Assembly (NCBI GenBank): GCA_964658025.1
Contig: CAZZXB010000017.1
Coordinates: forward strand, 1 to 30,486
Source: an uncultured Janthinobacterium sp.
GTDB lineage: Bacteria > Vulcanimicrobiota > Vulcanimicrobiia > Vulcanimicrobiales > Vulcanimicrobiaceae
Direction of reading: 5' to 3'
Length of the DNA stretch: 30,486 bases
Position 1 is the stretch's first letter. Each line of letters begins with the position of its first letter. This document shows positions 8,777 to 17,922 of the stretch, piece after piece. Below the pieces are notes generated by a model. That model was not told the DNA's origin, searched no databases, and saw only the letters and a list, made by a program, of their open reading frames with translations. The position numbers and the translations under genes are program-made.

Positions 8777-9874
8777 GTGGAACGTCCGTGGTATCGCTCG
8801 TATAATTGGGTGATGGCGATCGCGACGGTCGGACTCGCGCTCGCGGGCGTCGTGTTCATCCAGTCCGCCGACCTGCACGCGCCCGAAGCGTCGGGCGAAT
8901 GGCACAAGCAACTCGTCTACGTCGCGCTCGGAACGATCGTCATGGCGTTCTTCTCGACCTTCGATTACGAGAAGCTGCGCCGATATGCGTTCGGCCTCTA
9001 CATCGGGAACTTCTTACTGCTCGGTCTCGTGATGGTCGGCGGACGGAGCGCGCTCGGCGCGCAACGTTGGATCAACATCGGTCCGATTCAATTCCAGCCT
9101 TCGGAGCCCGCCAAACTCGTTCTCGCGATCTGCGTCGCGGCGTTGCTCGCGCGCAAACCGAAGATCGGCTGGCGCGAGATCGGCGAGGCGCTCGCGATGG
9201 TCGGCATCCCGGCGCTGTTGATCTTGAAGCAACCCGATCTCGGCACGACGCTCGTCATCTTCGCGATCCTCACGGGCGAGTTGTTTTTCGGCGTCTCGAA
9301 GACGTGGTATTTCGCGGCGTACGCGGCCGTCGTCGCGGCGGTCGGGTCGGTCGTCGTCGGCACGAACCTCGTCCTCAAACCGTTCCAGCGCAACCGATTG
9401 CTCGTGTTCTTGCATCCCGACGCGGACCCGCAGGGCGCGGGCTGGAACCTCAACCAGTCGAAGATCGCGGTCGGGAGCGGCGAGTTATTCGGGAAGGGTC
9501 TCCATCACGGCACGCAGACCCAACTCAACTTCGTCCCCGAACACTCGCGCGATTTCATCTTCACGGTCGTCGGCGAAGAGCTCGGCTACGCGGGTTCCGT
9601 CGCGCTCATCCTCGTGTACGCCGTGATCTTATTCGGTGCGGTGCGCGCGATGGTCGTCGCGCGCGATCGCTTCGGCCTGTTGCTCTCGGTCGGCCTCATC
9701 GCGATGCTCGCCTTCCACATCACGATCAACATCGGCATGACCGTCGGCATCATGCCGATTACGGGCATCCCGCTCCCCTTCATGTCCTACGGCGGCACGT
9801 CGATCCTGACGGACTTCGCTGCGGTGGGGATCTTGCTCAACGTGTACGTCCAGCGCGATCGGCTCGTATTTTAA
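8777..9874 (+). CDS. rodA: Rod shape-determining protein RodA (SEDS family)
   Basis: GAQRWI, FQPSEPAKL, KQPDLGT, QSKIAVGSG, VPEHSRDFIF, PITGIPLPFMSYGGTS; directly after minE. Confidence 0.9.
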   Translation: MERPWYRSYNWVMAIATVGLALAGVVFIQSADLHAPEASGEWHKQLVYVALGTIVMAFFSTFDYEKLRRYAFGLYIGNFLLLGLVMVGGRSALGAQRWINIGPIQFQPSEPAKLVLAICVAALLARKPKIGWREIGEALAMVGIPALLILKQPDLGTTLVIFAILTGELFFGVSKTWYFAAYAAVVAAVGSVVVGTNLVLKPFQRNRLLVFLHPDADPQGAGWNLNQSKIAVGSGELFGKGLHHGTQTQLNFVPEHSRDFIFTVVGEELGYAGSVALILVYAVILFGAVRAMVVARDRFGLLLSVGLIAMLAFHITINIGMTVGIMPITGIPLPFMSYGGTSILTDFAAVGILLNVYVQRDRLVF

Positions 9875-9971
9875 GCACCCCGAGGACGGCGTTCGCGACG
9901 CGCGAGATGCGCCGCGGTCACCGCAGACGTCACCAAGCGTTCGCGCGGGCACGCATACGAACTGTGTGAAT

Positions 9972-11795
9972 TCACGGCAAGAGTTCCCGAAGGTGGATCG
10001 TGACCGATCGTTCGGCGCGTGCGGCGCCCGAGCGAACGCGATACGTGTGCGCCGAGCCGATCGCGCCGACGTTCGTGTCAGAAAAATCTCTGGCCGACAT
10101 CGTTTCGGCTGAACGTCCATCGACGGAGAGGATCCGATCGCCGGGCCGGAAGCCGGCCGATCGCGCGGGAGAATCGTCGATGACTTCATCGACGACGAAG
10201 GCATCGCGAGATGTTTTTTCCACGACAAGGCCGGTGCGATTGAACGGTCGGTCGACGCTATGTGCGATAGGACGAAGCCATACGGCACGGCGCTGGTAGT
10301 CGACGGTCATCACGTAACGGTTCAAGAGGCCGTCGCTCAAAACTGCGGCCTCCGCGGTCGCTGCTTCCGAACCGTACGGCGCAGCCGGAATCGCTTCGAG
10401 GAGCACGTGTCTCGCGACGATCGGTCCGATTCGGATATCCGCGCGACGCGCCGAGACGCCGTCGTCGAATCGAATGCCGCCCGCAAACGCGTTGCGAAGG
10501 CCATGACGGGCGATCCAATGTCCTTCGACGATCGTCGGCCCTTGATTGCCGGTATCGACCATACATACATCCGTCGTGTGTTCGATCGTGCATTGTACGA
10601 ACGGTGCGTCGTCGTCGAACGTGAGCGGGAGACGCACGCCGGAGCCGAGGGGTCTCGGGCGATCGAGGCGCGCGAGCGTGATCGTATGCCTCGTCGGATC
10701 GAATGTGGCGGCAAAGCGCTCGAAAAATTCCAAACCGAGCCAACCCGCTTTCGGTGCTCGCGTGCCGCGCTCGAGCGAACGGTATCCGAATCGTACGATC
10801 TTACCGACGAGATTCGTGACGATCGCGCCGCCCACGTCGAGCCTTCGGACGGCGGCAAATTGCGCCGTGCGAACATCGCTTCCGGCACCGAGGCTCTTAA
10901 CATCGCCGCTCCCGATTAATCCGAGCGTGCGCGCCGTCGCGGTCGTAACGATGAAATGGCCGCCGGTATCGACGACGAACGGAAAAGGCCCTCGTCCGTT
11001 GATCTCGACGTTGACGATCGGTTTTTGCGCTTCGTCTCGATACGCGACTCGCACGATGTCGCGGCCGCCTCGAATAGAGCTGTCGTGCGGACTCGCGGGT
11101 CTTGCGAAATCGCTCCGTGGCGGCGCCGCGACGGCGGTAGCCTCACGCGATCGAAACGTGGTCGATTCCCCGTCTTCGGGGTCGACGTCGACACGCTCGA
11201 ACGGAAAGGCGATATCGGCGATGGTGCGCCAGTCTTTATAGGACGAGATCGTCCGATATTCGTTATATTGCTCCTCGGTGAGACGCAACAAGTGCGTCTC
11301 CCGGTTTATCCACATCGTTACGGGGGCGCCGCCCCTGGGAGTCGCGCTTACCGCATCGAACGTCTCGCCTACGCGTCGGCGCATGCCTACTTCGCGGTAT
11401 CGCGTCCCGTCACGCGAGTCGCACCAGCCGCGCCGGTCGAGCCAAGCGTTCGTGCGCGCCATCGCGCGAGCGTGCGCGTCGTCCAGCGGGTGCGACGCGC
11501 CGGACTGATCTTGCGACCATGCCGTCGTTCCGTCGAAACCGGATGCGGATGTAAAACCGCCTTCACGGATCTTCGTTACCGAGCGACCGAGTTTCGTGTC
11601 GATCGTCTCCGAGAACGGGCCGCTGAGGCCCTCGGCGGCGTACGTCCCACGGAAGTTGAACGCCGCAATTCGGCTCCAGCCGCGACAACCGGAAGCGACG
11701 CGCAACGCCGACATCGGACTGCTCCCGACCCGAGTCGACGTACCCGATCCGACGATCGCGGCGATGAATAGTATCGCCGCATATTCGACTCGCAT
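9972..11795 (-). CDS. Secreted retropepsin-like aspartyl protease with two DTG motifs and C-terminal PDZ domain
   Basis: FVVDTGG and CMVDTGN motifs, GWLGLEFF, PDZ-like SPARSAGFRPGDRILSVDG; hydrophobic N-terminus. Confidence 0.8.
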   Translation of the reverse strand: MRVEYAAILFIAAIVGSGTSTRVGSSPMSALRVASGCRGWSRIAAFNFRGTYAAEGLSGPFSETIDTKLGRSVTKIREGGFTSASGFDGTTAWSQDQSGASHPLDDAHARAMARTNAWLDRRGWCDSRDGTRYREVGMRRRVGETFDAVSATPRGGAPVTMWINRETHLLRLTEEQYNEYRTISSYKDWRTIADIAFPFERVDVDPEDGESTTFRSREATAVAAPPRSDFARPASPHDSSIRGGRDIVRVAYRDEAQKPIVNVEINGRGPFPFVVDTGGHFIVTTATARTLGLIGSGDVKSLGAGSDVRTAQFAAVRRLDVGGAIVTNLVGKIVRFGYRSLERGTRAPKAGWLGLEFFERFAATFDPTRHTITLARLDRPRPLGSGVRLPLTFDDDAPFVQCTIEHTTDVCMVDTGNQGPTIVEGHWIARHGLRNAFAGGIRFDDGVSARRADIRIGPIVARHVLLEAIPAAPYGSEAATAEAAVLSDGLLNRYVMTVDYQRRAVWLRPIAHSVDRPFNRTGLVVEKTSRDAFVVDEVIDDSPARSAGFRPGDRILSVDGRSAETMSARDFSDTNVGAIGSAHTYRVRSGAARAERSVTIHLRELLP

Positions 11796-11827
11796 GTTCG
11801 AAGTATCGCTCTGCCGTGCGGGGTTCG

Positions 11828-12667
11828 CTAGAACGAAACGTCGCTTTCGGTATCTACCGGCCGCTTACGACGCCGAATTGCGCTGGGCGGAACGCCAAGT
11901 ACGCGCCGAAACGAGCGCGCCAGATGGCTCTGGTCCGCGAATCCCGTTTCGGCCGCGATTTTGGCCAAGGACAGATCTCCGCGCTCGAGTAGGCGGCATG
12001 CCGCTTCGATGCGGACGCGCCGCAGCTCGTCCGCAATTCCGATTCCTGTATGGCGTCTGAAGTGCCGACCGATCTGCGAGGGTGCGACATCCACGATGCG
12101 CGCGAGGTCGGCGAGCGACCACGTCGTGCGAAAATCTTCGCGGAGGATATCCCGGAGTCGCCGGATCCATGGCGGCGATGCCGATCGGGCTCTCGGTTCC
12201 GCATGTCGTCCGACGTTTGCGATCAGTTCGTACGAGAGGGCTTGTGCCGCGAGTGCGGACCATGCATCTTGCATAAGCACTTCGTCGCGCAGCCGCGTTG
12301 CGGTTACGAGTGCCGATGCCGAGCGAATCTCCCGAGCCGAAGACGCGACGAGTTTTCGGCCGATCTCGGAATCTGCGATCGCGATCCGAACGTATGCTCC
12401 GCCGTCGGCGGCGTAGCGATCGCTGTGCGATTCGCCCATTTCGCGTACGATGGTCGCTCCTCGATCGTACTCACAGTCGCGTGATCCGCGGCGTTCCCCG
12501 AACGTACCTTGCAAGCTGACGATCAGTCGCGCCTCGCCGTGCGTGTGGGTAGGCAACGTCGACGAACCTTGCCAACGGACGAGGCGAATTCGAAAGATTC
12601 CGGCATCGACATCCATCTCGACGTGCGGGCGCGGAGGATGTCGATCTTTCGCTCGTGCCGTGTGCAT
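11828..12667 (-). CDS. AraC family transcriptional regulator (start codon uncertain)
   Basis: Cupin-like HTH…H N-terminus (PTHTHGEA…ESHSD) and double helix-turn-helix SLADLARIVDV…RRVRIEAACRLL…IAAETGFADQSHLARSFRRVLGVPPS. Confidence 0.85.
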   Translation of the reverse strand: MHTARAKDRHPPRPHVEMDVDAGIFRIRLVRWQGSSTLPTHTHGEARLIVSLQGTFGERRGSRDCEYDRGATIVREMGESHSDRYAADGGAYVRIAIADSEIGRKLVASSAREIRSASALVTATRLRDEVLMQDAWSALAAQALSYELIANVGRHAEPRARSASPPWIRRLRDILREDFRTTWSLADLARIVDVAPSQIGRHFRRHTGIGIADELRRVRIEAACRLLERGDLSLAKIAAETGFADQSHLARSFRRVLGVPPSAIRRRKRPVDTESDVSF

Positions 12668-12674
12668 AGACGAT

Positions 12675-13277
12675 CTATTCGCCGAGCGTTATCGTATCGA
12701 TTCTTGATTCGCCCGCGCCTCGTCCAGGCGGGCCGCGACTTATGATCGAGTCGTAGCAGTCGACATCGCTCGCACTTCTCGAGGGGGCGCCTATGGCGCA
12801 CCTCGCTAATTTTACGGCAAGCGCACGCGATGCCCAGGTCGCAATCGTCGCGGACCGTGTGACGATCGTTCCTCGCTCGAGCGTGAGCAGATGCTCGAAC
12901 GTGACGCAGGTGTCGTCGTAGACGTAAACCGCGTCGATGTCGCCCGCGATCTTCGCGAGAATCTGTAGGCGCGTATGCGACGTCTCACGTCGTCTGCCGG
13001 TACCGTCCGGTTCTCGATTTGCGCGCGCTCCGTGACACGCTATACGTCGCTCGACACCAGCGAGTGCGACGTGAACGTCCGACAGGCCGCCGTGGATGAA
13101 CTCGATGACGTAGCGTCTTCCGTCGAGATATTCGTTGACCGGCTCGCCGCCGATGTCGTAAACGACCGGGTGGCCAGCCAGCAACTGCGCGAGCGGCAAC
13201 GGACCGGGATCGCGCACGCGAGTTCTCCGGCGTTCCTCGAGCCTCGTCGCGACGCCCGGCTTGGATTCGATCTCCAC
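12675..13277 (-). CDS. Hypothetical protein (the N-terminal ~80 aa looks most protein-like)
   Basis: Longest ORF filling the AraC-rng gap and co-oriented with AraC; segment GHPVVYDIGGEPVNEYLDGRRYVIEF looks coding; no recognisable family. Confidence 0.3.
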   Translation of the reverse strand: MEIESKPGVATRLEERRRTRVRDPGPLPLAQLLAGHPVVYDIGGEPVNEYLDGRRYVIEFIHGGLSDVHVALAGVERRIACHGARANREPDGTGRRRETSHTRLQILAKIAGDIDAVYVYDDTCVTFEHLLTLERGTIVTRSATIATWASRALAVKLARCAIGAPSRSASDVDCYDSIISRGPPGRGAGESRIDTITLGE

Positions 13278-13620
13278 CGGAATATCGTAACGAATATCCG
13301 CGCTTTGGCAAAAGGGGGAGAGGGCGGTCCGTGACCGCCGCCGTCGCCGATCCGACCGTGGCCCGTGTCACCCTCGTAACGCCCGCAGAGGACCGAGAGT
13401 CGTTCCTGCGTAATTCTGCGACCAACCGGTCCGGAAGATTTTTTGTCGGTGCGTCCGTTCTACGGCGTGCGACTGTGTGTTGGATCGGGGGCCGCGCGGA
13501 GATCTCCGCGCGCAACAATCGACTCGGGTCCGACCGTGCCGCCGAACCAACGTTCGCCGTGGCCTGACCCAAACGCGAGCGCCCGGAGACGGAGCGCCGC
13601 GACAATCGAAAGGCCATCCG

Positions 13621-16521
13621 TTGTCAACAGAAATCCTCATTTCGAGCGACCCTTGGGAAAACCGGGTCGCCATCCGTGAGGACGGCGAGCTCGCCGAGAT
13701 CTACTTCGAACGCGAAGAAAAGGTCATCGGCTCGATCTTCAAAGGCAAAGTGATGAACGTGTTGCCCGGGATGGGCGCGAGTTTCGTCGACATCGGCCTG
13801 GGTCGTAACGCCTTCCTCTACGTCGACGACATCAACAAGACGCCGCTCAACATCGGCGACGTCGAGATCACGCAGGGCCGATCCGGCTGGACGATCACCG
13901 AGAAGATCAGCAAGGGCGACGACGTCCTCGTGCAGATCGTCAAGGAACCGCGCGGCCTCAAGGGCGCGCGCATCTCGACGAATATCTCGCTCCCCGGCCG
14001 TTATCTCATCCTGATGCCGACGGGTAAATACTCGGGCGTCTCGCGCAAGATCGAGAGCGCGGACGAACGGAACCGGCTCAAGACGATCATGAAGATGATC
14101 CGGCCGCCCGAGATGGCGACCGTCGTGCGGACCGCCGCGGCGGGCGTGAGCCAATCGGAGCTGATCGCCGACCTCGGCGTCCTCATCCGCATGTGGCACG
14201 GCATCCTCGAGAGCTACAAACGCGCCGAGGCGCCCGCGCTCATCCACAAAGACATGAACCTCGTCTTCAAAGCGGCGCGCGATTTCATCACGCCCGAAGT
14301 CGAGCGCGTGTTGATCGACGACGCGGAAGATTACGAAAAAGTTCGCGACTTCATGCGATTACTCGGTCCGCAATACGTCGACCGCATCGAGTATTACAAT
14401 AACGGCCGATCGCTCTTCAAGGATTTCCACATCGAAGAGGAAGTCCAGAAGTTATTGCGTCCGAAGATCAACCTGCCGAGCGGCGGATCGATCGTCATCG
14501 AGACGACCGAAGCCCTGACCGTCATCGACGTCAACAGCGGGAAGTTCACGGGCGGTCGCAATCTCGAAGACACGATCGTCAAGACGAACATCGAGGCGGC
14601 GGCCGAGATCGCGCGCCAGGTGCGCCTGCGCGACATCGGCGGCATCATCGTCTGCGACTTCATCGACATGTCGACGGAGAACGCGCGCAGCCGCGTGATC
14701 GCGACGCTCGAGACGGGCCTGCGCAAAGACCGCACGCGCTCGACGATCCAGTCCTTCTCCGCACTCGGTCTCCTCGAATTCACGCGCAAGCGCGTCGGTA
14801 AGGATCTCTCCGGGCAGTTGCGCGGACCGTGTCCCACCTGTGTCGGGCTCGGAACGGTCATGTCGCCCGAATCCGTCGCGATCGAGGCGTTCCGCGAGAT
14901 CCGTCGCTACGGTCACGAACATCACGGCGACGCGGGCGCGCGCGAGATCGAAGTCGTCTCGGCGCCGAGCGTCGGCGCGCAGATCGAATTCTGGTACGAA
15001 AACGAACTCGCCGGCCTCGAGCGCGAGCTCGAAACGAAGGTCGCGGTTCGCGTCGACCCGGCGATCCATCCCGAGCGCACGCGCGTGATCCCGGCGCGCG
15101 ACACGAACGGCGCGCCCGCCGCGCGCGTCGGCGACGAACTCGAAGTCGAGCTCGTCCCCGCGCGACTCCCGAACGCGACCTCCGCGCTCGCGATCCTCGG
15201 CGATCGTCTCGTCGAAGTCGAAAACGCCGCGAACGCGAACCGCTCGACCGTCAAGATCAAGGTCATCGACGTCGACGACGAGGGGACGATCCTCGCCGAG
15301 GCGCGCACGCCGCTCGCGCCGCAGTTCTCGGGCGAAGGCAAGAAACGTCGCCGCCGCGGCGGTCGCGGTCGCGCGGTCGAGCCGCAGACGCCCGCCGAAC
15401 AGGAAGAACAGCTCCGCGAGCTCGCGGAAGAGGCCGCGAAGGGCGCGGGCGAGCGGCCCGCGCTCGGCATCTCGACGACGGCCGAGGCCGAGGCCGAGGA
15501 TGCGGAGACGCGCGCGCACACCGCGACCGGAACGCCGCTCGCGACGGTCACGCCGATCCACGCCGTCCCCGAATACGCCGCGGTCGATCCGAGCGGTGAG
15601 GGTCGGTCGTTCGCGACCTACGGCGGCACGGGCGACGAAGTCCGTCGGCGTCGTCGGCGTCGCCGTCGGCGCCGCGGTCCGGGCGAAGGGGCGACGGGCA
15701 ACGTCGTTCCGCTCGAACCGATCGTCGGCGCGCCCGATGCGTCGGGCGATTCGGAAGCGCCCGATCTCGACGTCGTCGACGACGGCGAAGCGCCGGCGAC
15801 CGGCATCGCGGCCGTCGGCGAAGACGGTCAGGTCCGTCGGCGACGCCGTCGGCGTCGGCGTCGCGGTCGCGGCGGCGCGGCCGCCGAAACGGCGAGCGCG
15901 AACGGCGAGGCGACGGATTCCGTCTCGGTCCCCGACCGCAACATCTTCCGGGTCGATTCGGCGGGAGCCGCGGAATCGACGGGACAGACCGCTCCGCCGG
16001 AGCCGTCGCGCGCCATCGCACGACTCGATCGCAAGCGCGGTCAGGTCGCGGTCGACGCGCCGCCGCCGAGTCTCTCGGTCGCCGAAGAACCCGTGAAGCT
16101 CGCGAAGCCGGCGCGCGGACGGCGCGCGAAAGCGCTTCCGCCGAGCGCCCAGTTCGAACTCGAAAGCCCCGCACCCGTGCGCGCGCTTCCGCCGCCGCCG
16201 GAACCCGTCGTGGAAACGGAAAGCGAAGCTCCGGCCGCAGCGAAAAGACGCGGTCGTCCGCGCAAGGTCGAGGTCGCGACGGTCGCGGCCGACGTCGCGT
16301 CGACCGCGCCGGAATCGACGGAAAAACCGAAACGCACGCGCGCGAGCAAGGCCGTCGAGGTCCCGGCTGCCGCCGCGGACGTCGCACCCGCTCGTGCCGC
16401 CGCGCGGAAGAAAACGGGCGGTGCCGTGAAAAAGACGACGGCCAAAAAGTCGACGTCCGCCAAGAAGTCCCCGACCGCCGCGAAAAAGACGGCCACGACC
16501 GCACGAAAAAAGCGCTCCTAG
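13621..16521 (+). CDS. rne: Rne/Rng family ribonuclease (RNase E/G) with long disordered Arg-rich and Lys/Ala-rich C-terminus
   Basis: TTG start 13621 (MSTEILISS); S1 region GSIFKGKVMNVLPGMGASFVDIG, VQIVKEPRGLKGARIS, TEALTVIDVNSG, RLRDIGGIIVCDFIDM, Zn-link CPTCVGLG. Confidence 0.92.
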   Translation: MSTEILISSDPWENRVAIREDGELAEIYFEREEKVIGSIFKGKVMNVLPGMGASFVDIGLGRNAFLYVDDINKTPLNIGDVEITQGRSGWTITEKISKGDDVLVQIVKEPRGLKGARISTNISLPGRYLILMPTGKYSGVSRKIESADERNRLKTIMKMIRPPEMATVVRTAAAGVSQSELIADLGVLIRMWHGILESYKRAEAPALIHKDMNLVFKAARDFITPEVERVLIDDAEDYEKVRDFMRLLGPQYVDRIEYYNNGRSLFKDFHIEEEVQKLLRPKINLPSGGSIVIETTEALTVIDVNSGKFTGGRNLEDTIVKTNIEAAAEIARQVRLRDIGGIIVCDFIDMSTENARSRVIATLETGLRKDRTRSTIQSFSALGLLEFTRKRVGKDLSGQLRGPCPTCVGLGTVMSPESVAIEAFREIRRYGHEHHGDAGAREIEVVSAPSVGAQIEFWYENELAGLERELETKVAVRVDPAIHPERTRVIPARDTNGAPAARVGDELEVELVPARLPNATSALAILGDRLVEVENAANANRSTVKIKVIDVDDEGTILAEARTPLAPQFSGEGKKRRRRGGRGRAVEPQTPAEQEEQLRELAEEAAKGAGERPALGISTTAEAEAEDAETRAHTATGTPLATVTPIHAVPEYAAVDPSGEGRSFATYGGTGDEVRRRRRRRRRRRGPGEGATGNVVPLEPIVGAPDASGDSEAPDLDVVDDGEAPATGIAAVGEDGQVRRRRRRRRRRGRGGAAAETASANGEATDSVSVPDRNIFRVDSAGAAESTGQTAPPEPSRAIARLDRKRGQVAVDAPPPSLSVAEEPVKLAKPARGRRAKALPPSAQFELESPAPVRALPPPPEPVVETESEAPAAAKRRGRPRKVEVATVAADVASTAPESTEKPKRTRASKAVEVPAAAADVAPARAAARKKTGGAVKKTTAKKSTSAKKSPTAAKKTATTARKKRS

Positions 16522-16546
16522 AGCGCTCGGTTCCCGAAACGAAGAA

Positions 16547-16582
16547 AAACCGGCCGCGGCGTCCGAACGCCGCGGCCGGTTT
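16547..16582. terminator. Intrinsic terminator between convergent rne and S41 genes, probably bidirectional
   Basis: Perfect 16-bp stem AAACCGGCCGCGGCGT-ccga-ACGCCGCGGCCGGTTT; T-run on the minus strand (plus-strand gaagaaaaa) and TTT on the plus strand. Confidence 0.85.
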
Positions 16583-16586
16583 CGTC

Positions 16587-17912
16587 TTACGTCCCCGAGT
16601 CGGCGCTCGCGATCTTGCCTTGGAGATACGTGATCGCGGATTGGAGCTGCGGGTCGGACGTCGGATCGCCGAACTTCGCCGTTTTCGGTTCGACCGTGAC
16701 GATGTCGGGTTGGATGCCGATCAAGTTGATGTCGCGGCCGCGCGGCGTGAGGTAACGCGCGCTCGTGATCTTCACGGCCGATCCGTCCGGAAGCGGGTGG
16801 ATCGTCTGCACGACGCCCTTGCCGTAGGTTTTTTCTCCGATGAGTTCGCCGATGCCGTTGTCTTGCAACGCGCCCGACGTGATCTCCGATGCCGATGCCG
16901 TGTAGCGATTGACGAGCACGGCGAGCGGCTTCGGCGGGATCGCGTCGTTCTCGGCATCGTACTGCGTGTCCTGACCGCCGCGCGCCTCGACCGAGACGAT
17001 CGGACCCGAGGAGATGAATTTCGAACTCACGTCGATCGCCGCGTTGAGATAGCCCCCGCCGTTGTCGCGCAGATCGAGCACGAACGCTTTCGCACCGTCG
17101 GTCTGCAGTTTCGCGAGCGCCTTGGAAAGTTCGTCCGCGGTGTTGGCGCCGAAAACGGTGAGCCGCGCGTAGCCGATGCCGTTCGGCAAGAGCTTCGAGT
17201 AGACGCTCGGCTGATGGATGACGTCGCGCGTGACGGCGATCGGCGGGATCGCGGCGCCGGCGCGTTCGATGGAGAGTTGGACCTGGCTCCCCTTGGTGCC
17301 GCGGAGCATCTTCGAATCCTGTTCGGTCGTGAGCCCGCGCGTGCTCTTGCCGTCGACGGCCGTGATGACGTCGCCCGCGAGAACGCCGGCCTTTTCCGCC
17401 GGACCGCCGACGATCACTTCGTTGACGCCGAGCAACCGCGTCTTCTCGTCGACGCCGATCGAGATTCCTACGCCGCTGAAGTTTCCGCCGTCGAGTCCCT
17501 CGTTGAGTTCGGCGTACTCCTTGGGTCGTAAGAATACCGTGTATTTATCGTGGACCGATCCGAGCATCCCGGAGATCGCGGCGTACGTGACGTCGCGGCT
17601 CCCGACTTTCGTGCCGTACGTCTTCACCGTGTTCGCGACCAGACGATCGAGGATACGCGTGTTCCCGGCCGGATCGTCGACGGCGTGCGGCGACGCGACC
17701 TTGGGATTGGCGACGCCGCTCTTCTGGAGATACGTCACGATCGACGTCCGCGCGCCGTCGAGGACGGTCTGCGCGTCGACGCGCTTGTAGAACTCTTGGT
17801 TCAGTAACGAATAACTCGTCTGGAGTTCGTCGTTTTCGAGACCGCTGAGCGCCGTGGCGGTCGTCGTCGCGAGGATCGCGGCGGCGACTAAGGTCGGGAG
17901 AGCGCGCGTCAT
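16587..17912 (-). CDS. S41 C-terminal processing peptidase (CtpA/Prc type), copy 2
   Basis: ATG 17912 with signal peptide MTRALPTLVAAAILATTTATA; FSGVGI, PDZ, LDLRDNGGG, TASASE (catalytic Ser), TYGKG (catalytic Lys), ARYLTPRG. Confidence 0.9.
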   Translation of the reverse strand: MTRALPTLVAAAILATTTATALSGLENDELQTSYSLLNQEFYKRVDAQTVLDGARTSIVTYLQKSGVANPKVASPHAVDDPAGNTRILDRLVANTVKTYGTKVGSRDVTYAAISGMLGSVHDKYTVFLRPKEYAELNEGLDGGNFSGVGISIGVDEKTRLLGVNEVIVGGPAEKAGVLAGDVITAVDGKSTRGLTTEQDSKMLRGTKGSQVQLSIERAGAAIPPIAVTRDVIHQPSVYSKLLPNGIGYARLTVFGANTADELSKALAKLQTDGAKAFVLDLRDNGGGYLNAAIDVSSKFISSGPIVSVEARGGQDTQYDAENDAIPPKPLAVLVNRYTASASEITSGALQDNGIGELIGEKTYGKGVVQTIHPLPDGSAVKITSARYLTPRGRDINLIGIQPDIVTVEPKTAKFGDPTSDPQLQSAITYLQGKIASADSGT

Positions 17913-17922
17913 GCGTTGGTAC

